From: Patescibacteria group bacterium
Lineage (GTDB): Bacteria; Patescibacteriota; Patescibacteriia; UBA9934
NCBI GenBank assembly: GCA_041659765.1
Contig: JBAZXR010000001.1
Coordinates: 108,537 to 172,536, forward strand
Direction: 5' to 3'
DNA: 64,000 nt
This document shows positions 58,833 to 64,000 of the stretch, piece by piece. The translations under genes and the position numbers were made by a program. The notes under the pieces are model-generated. The model was not told the DNA's origin. It did not search any database and saw nothing but the letters and a program-made list of their open reading frames with translations. How positions within the stretch are numbered: the stretch's first letter is position 1; each line of letters begins with the position of its first letter.

Positions 58833-59357
58833 ATGCCAAAATCACGCGCTCAAAAAGCCGGCATCGTGGAAGAGATCGCCGCTCGTTTCCGTGGAATGAA
58901 AGCCGCCGCCTTTTCGGAGGTGTCGGGACTGACCATGGAAGACGCAGACAAGCTCCGCGCTAAAGCAGCGCTCCAGAACGTAGAGGTCTTCATTGCCAAG
59001 AAGACGCTCCTCGCGATGGCCGCTAAAGAGGCAGGAATTGAAGGTCTCTCCGCGAACACGCTTTCAGGTTCTATCCTGACAGCGGTCGGTATGAGTGACG
59101 AAGTCTCCGCAGCGAAGCTCTTGAAGGAGCTCATGAAGGAGAAAGAAACGATTAAGCTGGTAGCCGGCGTCCTAGACGGACGCATGATGAGCAAGGAAGA
59201 AGTCACGCAACTGGCGTCGCTTCCGTCCAAGCAGGAACTCCTCCAGAAGCTGGTGGGAACCCTGAACGCTCCGGTTTCTGGTTTCGTCAATGTCCTTGCA
59301 GGTAACCTGCGCGGGCTGGTCACGGTACTTGGTGCAATTAACGAAAAGAAAGCTTAA
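58833..59357 (+). CDS. rplJ: 50S ribosomal protein L10
   Basis: K..IVEEI, GLT......LR, KKTL, LASLPSK.ELL.KLVG.L.AP. Confidence 0.95.
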   Translation: MPKSRAQKAGIVEEIAARFRGMKAAAFSEVSGLTMEDADKLRAKAALQNVEVFIAKKTLLAMAAKEAGIEGLSANTLSGSILTAVGMSDEVSAAKLLKELMKEKETIKLVAGVLDGRMMSKEEVTQLASLPSKQELLQKLVGTLNAPVSGFVNVLAGNLRGLVTVLGAINEKKA

Positions 59358-59366
59358 CTTTATCTT

Positions 59367-59771
59367 ATGTCCGACGAAATGAAGTCAGTTGAGGTGCCAG
59401 CTAAGTTCTCCGCTTTGGTCGAATCTATTGAAAAGATGTCCGTTCTTGACTTGGCAGAACTCGTGAAGGTTTTGGAAGGAAAGTTTGGCGTGTCCGCTTC
59501 CGCTCCAGCTATGATGATGGCTGCTCCAGCTGCTGGTGGCGCCGCTGCCGCAGAAGAGAAGTCCTCTTTCACGGTTGAATTGACCTCCGCTGGCGAGAGC
59601 AAGATCAACGTGATCAAGGTCGTTCGTGAAATCACGGGTCTTGGACTTAAGGAAGCTAAGGACATTGTAGACGCTGCTCCAAAGGCAGTGAAGGAAGGCG
59701 CAAGCAAGGCAGAAGCAGAAGACATGCAGAAGAAGATCGAAGCCGCTGGCGGTAAGGTCACCTTGAAGTAA
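59367..59771 (+). CDS. rplL: 50S ribosomal protein L7/L12
   Basis: [30 protein letters not shown]. Confidence 0.98.
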   Translation: MSDEMKSVEVPAKFSALVESIEKMSVLDLAELVKVLEGKFGVSASAPAMMMAAPAAGGAAAAEEKSSFTVELTSAGESKINVIKVVREITGLGLKEAKDIVDAAPKAVKEGASKAEAEDMQKKIEAAGGKVTLK

Positions 59772-59861
59772 GCAAAACAAAATAGCACTCTCTCTCGGAA
59801 ATGGAGTCGGATTACCTCCTAACATTTCCTCGAAAGAGTGCTTTTTGTTTTGCTTACTTCA
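59764..59861 (+). repeat. Conserved-core hairpin element, copy 6 (core 59803-59823)
   Basis: Arms TGAAGTAAGCAAAACAAAA-t-AGCACTCT..GGAAATG / CATTTCC..AGAGTGCT-TTTTGTTTTGCTTACTTCA. Confidence 0.92.
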
Positions 59862-61953
59862 CCAGGTGGTCGGCGGTAAATCCGAGTGCTTTGTCGCCGG
59901 TGACGACTATGATGCGGTTTGCAGATTCCTCGACGGTGAAGCCGACGGCGTTTTTGAAGCTGTCATTTGTGTATTGTGCTTCTAGGTTGCCTGTTGTTTT
60001 ATCAAGGACCACTACGCGACTAGTGCCTGGATCGAGGACGTATAGATATTTACTAGCAACGTCTGTCCAGATGTCTGTTGGATTTATGAGAGCCGGATCA
60101 AAGCTGGCGTGAGTCCAGGCGACTTCTTTGCCAGCATGGAACTTCACGACGTCATGCTTGAGGAGCACATATACGTCGCCGTCAATCGTCAGCGCTTGGG
60201 CGGTAGAAAGATCGCTGTCCTTGGAGATGATCCAAGGTGTACCCGCTTCATAGGCGGTGCCGATGGGGCGCATCTTTACAATCTGTCCGCTGCCGGCCGA
60301 GAGCGCGTAGAGGTTTGAGCCGTAGGTAATGATGTCTTCAACGCTGAGCATGGCGTTCGTGCCGCTTTGGAGCGGGTTTACGGTGTGGGCGGTGAGATCA
60401 ACGCGGCCGAGCTGTTTGTTCAAATCCATGACGAGCGCGTTGCCGCCTTCCGGGGTCATGCTACGGACGGATTCCAGGATTCCCTTCGTAGCTTCTTCTT
60501 TTGTCCAGGCACTCTTAAGTCCGTCTAAACGGTAAACGTCCAGATTTGAGGTAATGGCGAATAGCGAACCGCTGGTTTCCGTGATGCTCGTGATCCCGTT
60601 GCCGTTCGCGCTATCCGCCATGGTGGCGAGTGTTTGCGGACTGACGGCGATGATGCCTCTGATTTTATCTTCGACCACGTGAAGTTTGACTAACAGATCA
60701 GTCACCTGCTTTTTTTGATCGGCAGTATTTTTTGGCAGTGTTTCTAAGATGCTTTGGGCTTCTGTCAGGGATTTTCTCGCTTCTTCCGTGTTGCGGTAGA
60801 TCAAGCTAGCTTGAGCGGCCAGAATTCGGTCATCAATGCTCTTAACCGTCTGTGAGAACTGGAGCTCGGCTTTGGCTCGTTCGCCTCTGCCTTTTGAGAG
60901 GTAGAAGAGGCCGGTACCGAGCACGATGACGAGCAGGATAGAGAAGAGAATGCCGGCCCGGAGGGGAGTTATTACGGGAGCGCCTTTTCGGCCCTTGGTG
61001 TTGGCGAGGAAGATATTGGAAGCTAAGGCGGCTACTGCAGTGAAGGTTTTTTGAGCCAGAGTGAGCATTAACGCTAAGCCGCGTTTTAAAATGGCTACGG
61101 CGCCTCTAGTTCCCGGCGCGGAGAGTGATTGGCGAATGCTTTGGGTGACATTTTTTACCAGACTGGAGAGCTCGGTGTTTGATTCGCCGAGCACATTGGC
61201 GGTTCTGTCTTTTGATGATTGCAAAGCGGTTAGTGAACCGATCGGGTTGGCTTTTTTTGGAGGGCCGGACGGTTTTTCTTCTTCCGCAAAGGAGAAGCTT
61301 ACGGCCGCGTAGACATCCCCCGGCGGAACGAACTGTTTGATTCGTTGGAGGGCTGAGGCCGGGGGGAGCGTGACTAAGATGTCATGCAGTTCGTCTGATC
61401 TGAGAGCGTGAGTCGAAACGGGCGTGGCGACATAAAAAACATCACCGCCGTGGGTTTCGCCGTCTAGGATAGTGTGAAAATACCTAGGGTCATCCGGGGT
61501 TCGTCCCTCTCCAAACTGATCATGAAGCTCGTAGACGCTAAAGCGCTTATCTGCGGTTTTGTGCAGAAAGAGAGCATCGATATTGCCGATGCCGGAGAAA
61601 AAAATCTGGTCTCTAGTGGCCATGCCAACCACGCCCTGCACTTGAATCATTTTCAAGTTCATCTCATGGGCTGCGGCGAGTAAATCTGTGTTCAAAGCAC
61701 CTAACATTTGTTCGAATCTACGGGCCGAGTTTAATTCCGAGGAAGCGTCAGCGGAAAGATGTTCAAGATGACTGGCGGTCATGTGTAGCAGGCGATCTCG
61801 ACCTTCTTCATCCTTGGAATCAATCACCATGACGCCAAAAATCGCACTCTTTCCTCCGGGGAGAGAGTGAAGCATTGTTTTGGCGCCCATCTGCGGACGC
61901 TGGGGGAGCACAAGCAGCTCGCCACTTTTCACGCTGTGTTGGTATTCCGCCAT
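59854..61953 (-). CDS. Hypothetical membrane protein: PP2C-like N-terminal region, TM, extracellular beta-propeller
   Basis: G.G...A...R/K and G....GDVF pattern; TM; NHL-like repeats (NLYALS, IDGDVYVL, LYVLDP...RVVVLDK). Confidence 0.6.
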   Translation of the reverse strand: MAEYQHSVKSGELLVLPQRPQMGAKTMLHSLPGGKSAIFGVMVIDSKDEEGRDRLLHMTASHLEHLSADASSELNSARRFEQMLGALNTDLLAAAHEMNLKMIQVQGVVGMATRDQIFFSGIGNIDALFLHKTADKRFSVYELHDQFGEGRTPDDPRYFHTILDGETHGGDVFYVATPVSTHALRSDELHDILVTLPPASALQRIKQFVPPGDVYAAVSFSFAEEEKPSGPPKKANPIGSLTALQSSKDRTANVLGESNTELSSLVKNVTQSIRQSLSAPGTRGAVAILKRGLALMLTLAQKTFTAVAALASNIFLANTKGRKGAPVITPLRAGILFSILLVIVLGTGLFYLSKGRGERAKAELQFSQTVKSIDDRILAAQASLIYRNTEEARKSLTEAQSILETLPKNTADQKKQVTDLLVKLHVVEDKIRGIIAVSPQTLATMADSANGNGITSITETSGSLFAITSNLDVYRLDGLKSAWTKEEATKGILESVRSMTPEGGNALVMDLNKQLGRVDLTAHTVNPLQSGTNAMLSVEDIITYGSNLYALSAGSGQIVKMRPIGTAYEAGTPWIISKDSDLSTAQALTIDGDVYVLLKHDVVKFHAGKEVAWTHASFDPALINPTDIWTDVASKYLYVLDPGTSRVVVLDKTTGNLEAQYTNDSFKNAVGFTVEESANRIIVVTGDKALGFTADHLVK

Positions 61954-62004
61954 GGTTGCTATTCTTCTGAACTTTCAGTATACAGTATACTCAAAGTACT
62001 CATT

Positions 62005-62634
62005 ATGGATACCCCTAAGAGTGAAGAAGAGTTCGAAGGCGGGGCTTTTCGCATAGAACAACTCTTTGGTTCGCGAACGCGTGCTCGGCTATTGAGCGTC
62101 TTTTTGGAGCATGCGGATCGCGCTTTTTATGTTCGAGAATTGGCACGGCGAGTGGATGCCCAGATTAACGCTGTACGCCGTGAACTTAAGAACCTTCTCG
62201 CGATTGGGATTGTTATTGAAGGCGAGGAGAAGGAATCAACTGATAAAGAAAATAAGAGGTTCTATCGGGCGGACTCGAATTTTCCACTATTTGATGACTT
62301 AAAAGCGGTGATGAAAAAAGCGGCGGTTCTTATGAATCGTTCCTTGCTTGAAGCGCTCAAGGCCGCGGGAGAAGTTGATCTTGTGCTCCTTACGGGAAAG
62401 TTTACGGAGTCGGCCAATGTTCCTACTGATGTGCTGATTGTGGGCGATATTGTTCCGGACGCCGTGCAGAAAGCCGTGCAGGAGTTCGAGCGCGAGATTG
62501 GCCGAGAAGTGAACTACACTTTTATGCCGCGCGAAGAGTTCAAATATCGCTCGGACGTAGGCGATCGGTTTTTGACTTCGCTCTTGAGCGGCAAGCGAAT
62601 AGTGCTTTTAGATGCGCTTGAAAAGAAGCTATGA
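62005..62634 (+). CDS. Winged-HTH plus nucleotidyltransferase-like protein
   Basis: LFGSRTRARLL..F, YVRELAR, VRREL..L; G.F....TDVLIVG, E..IGREVNY. Confidence 0.75.
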   Translation: MDTPKSEEEFEGGAFRIEQLFGSRTRARLLSVFLEHADRAFYVRELARRVDAQINAVRRELKNLLAIGIVIEGEEKESTDKENKRFYRADSNFPLFDDLKAVMKKAAVLMNRSLLEALKAAGEVDLVLLTGKFTESANVPTDVLIVGDIVPDAVQKAVQEFEREIGREVNYTFMPREEFKYRSDVGDRFLTSLLSGKRIVLLDALEKKL

Positions 62635-63002
62635 TTTTGACGCTCGATGGTCACGACATCACGCAGCTCTCGCTCGGTCTCGTCAACGACGACCGAACGG
62701 AGTTTGTGCCCCCGCAAATCATTCCCTGCGTCCCAGAGGGTTATCTTGGTATCATTGATGGGTTTTTGCAGGCCCATGAGCTAGGGCTATCTAGGGTGAC
62801 CGGGATCGTAGTGTCCTCGACCGACGGTTCGGCAACCGCGTTACGCGTTTCCCACGCGATTGCTAATGCCTGGGGATTTGCCCGCGGGATTCCGCTTTAC
62901 CGATCGCTTGAGGCTTCTCCGCTGGCCATTCTTCTGCCTGAATATAGGGAGACTGCACATGTGACGGCGAGAAAGAAGGATGCATTGTATAGAAAAACAT
63001 GA
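62631..63002 (+). CDS. Short TsaB-like protein
   Basis: IL.LD, I..V...GS.T.LRV....AN, P.Y; single-lobe form. Confidence 0.55.
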   Translation: MILTLDGHDITQLSLGLVNDDRTEFVPPQIIPCVPEGYLGIIDGFLQAHELGLSRVTGIVVSSTDGSATALRVSHAIANAWGFARGIPLYRSLEASPLAILLPEYRETAHVTARKKDALYRKT

Positions 63003-64000
63003 ACCAAACTTTTGGCCAATACGGGAAACACAGATTCTGGGAAATGGTCCCGGGAGCTTTAGTCTGGTCGGTTTTGCTGAGCTCGCTTTTCTTGTCGCTC
63101 TTTGCGCCGACTGTGGCGATTGTTTGTATCATCATCTTTGATCTTTATTGGATGCTGCGGGTATTTTATTTTGTTATTCACGTGGTAGCGGCTTACAGTT
63201 CTTACAGACAGACTTTGAAGGTTGATTGGCGGAAGAAGGTGGAGGAATTGCCGGGTTACGAACGTCTGTACCACGTAATCATGCTGCCGACGTTCCAAGA
63301 AGATCTTCAGATTGTCGAGGAAGCTTTCGAATCACTCCTGCGTACGAAGTATCGAACTGACCGCATGATTGTGGTACTCGGCGGCGAAGAACGTGATGAG
63401 GTTAATTTCCGTAGCTATCAACAGGTGATCGAAGGGCGTTACGCGGGGAAGTTTGCGAAGTTGTTATTTACAGTTCATCCGAAAGATATTCCCGGCGAGA
63501 TTCCGGGCAAAGGTTCGAACTTGAAACACATGGCCACCGTTCTTCAGGGGGTGATCGACGAGCTCCAGATTCCGTACGAGGACATTGTTGTCTCTGCCTT
63601 TGATGTTGATACGGTGGCGCATGAAATGTACTTTGCGCGGCTGGCGCATTTGTACCTCACTGAGCCGAATCCGACGCGCAGCTCTTATCAGCCGGTGACG
63701 CTTTTTTCCAACAACATTTGGTCCGCGGCCGCGCCGATCCGTATTGCCGCGTTCGGTACGACTTTTTGGTTGCTCGGCGAACTAGTTCGACCGGAAAGAA
63801 TGTGGACCTTTTCTTCGCACTCCATGCCGTGGCAGATGCTTGTCGATGTCGGTTTTTGGGAGCCGGATTTGGTGAGCGAAGACTCGCGCATCTTCATGCA
63901 GGCACTTTTACATTATGACGGCGCATATCGGGTGACTCCGGTGTTCTTGCCGGTCTCGATGGACACTGTCGCAGGCGGCTCGTATCTTCAAAGCCTGGTT
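62999..64000 (+). CDS. Membrane glycosyltransferase family 2 (3' end truncated by window edge; not in the ORF track)
   Basis: MNQTFGQYGKHRFWEMVPGALVW..., HP..IPGE..GKGSN, FDVD, YQP, FSSHS, VSEDSRIF. Frame is open to the window end. Confidence 0.85.
   Translation, partial: MNQTFGQYGKHRFWEMVPGALVWSVLLSSLFLSLFAPTVAIVCIIIFDLYWMLRVFYFVIHVVAAYSSYRQTLKVDWRKKVEELPGYERLYHVIMLPTFQEDLQIVEEAFESLLRTKYRTDRMIVVLGGEERDEVNFRSYQQVIEGRYAGKFAKLLFTVHPKDIPGEIPGKGSNLKHMATVLQGVIDELQIPYEDIVVSAFDVDTVAHEMYFARLAHLYLTEPNPTRSSYQPVTLFSNNIWSAAAPIRIAAFGTTFWLLGELVRPERMWTFSSHSMPWQMLVDVGFWEPDLVSEDSRIFMQALLHYDGAYRVTPVFLPVSMDTVAGGSYLQSLV

Noticed and set aside
1332-59861. Core repeat as a CRISPR array or integron attC array
   Set aside because: Copies are dispersed, occur in both orientations and have no regular spacers. 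There is no cas or intI gene in the window. Only one TAAC/GTTA box is present per element.
1316-60112. Small ORFs containing MLGGNPTPF / MESDYLLTF (e.g. 1316-1585, 14814-15146, 43634-44020, 59801-60112)
   Set aside because: They are translations of the repeat core, with unrelated flanks and overlaps with real genes. No evidence of a peptide family.

Overview
This looks like a chromosomal segment of a Candidate Phyla Radiation / Patescibacteria bacterium, possibly Uhrbacteria-like. That is inferred from gene content: compact housekeeping genes, an AspRS lacking the GAD insert, T4SS-pilin-anchored giant surface proteins and a long tmRNA tag. Housekeeping genes are aspS, scpAB, parAB, a Rel/SpoT homolog, topA, dprA, pth, der, lepB, hisS, rpsU, hflX, ybeY, dgkA, ftsAZ, nrdR, pyk, infC-rpmI-rplT, smpB, xseAB and rplJL. 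The window also holds five tRNAs and tmRNA. Accessory content includes a ~14 kb surface-protein operon with a 3180-aa pilin/Ig/Cys-rich/vWA protein and several GC-rich orphan genes, each with its own near-identical sigma70 promoter. The most unusual signal is a dispersed intergenic element with six full copies and one truncated copy. Each has a near-invariant 21-nt core (GGAGTCGG[A/G]TTACCTCCTAAC, resembling the 16S anti-Shine-Dalgarno end) at the apex of a long inverted repeat. The arm sequences differ from locus to locus but stay self-complementary.
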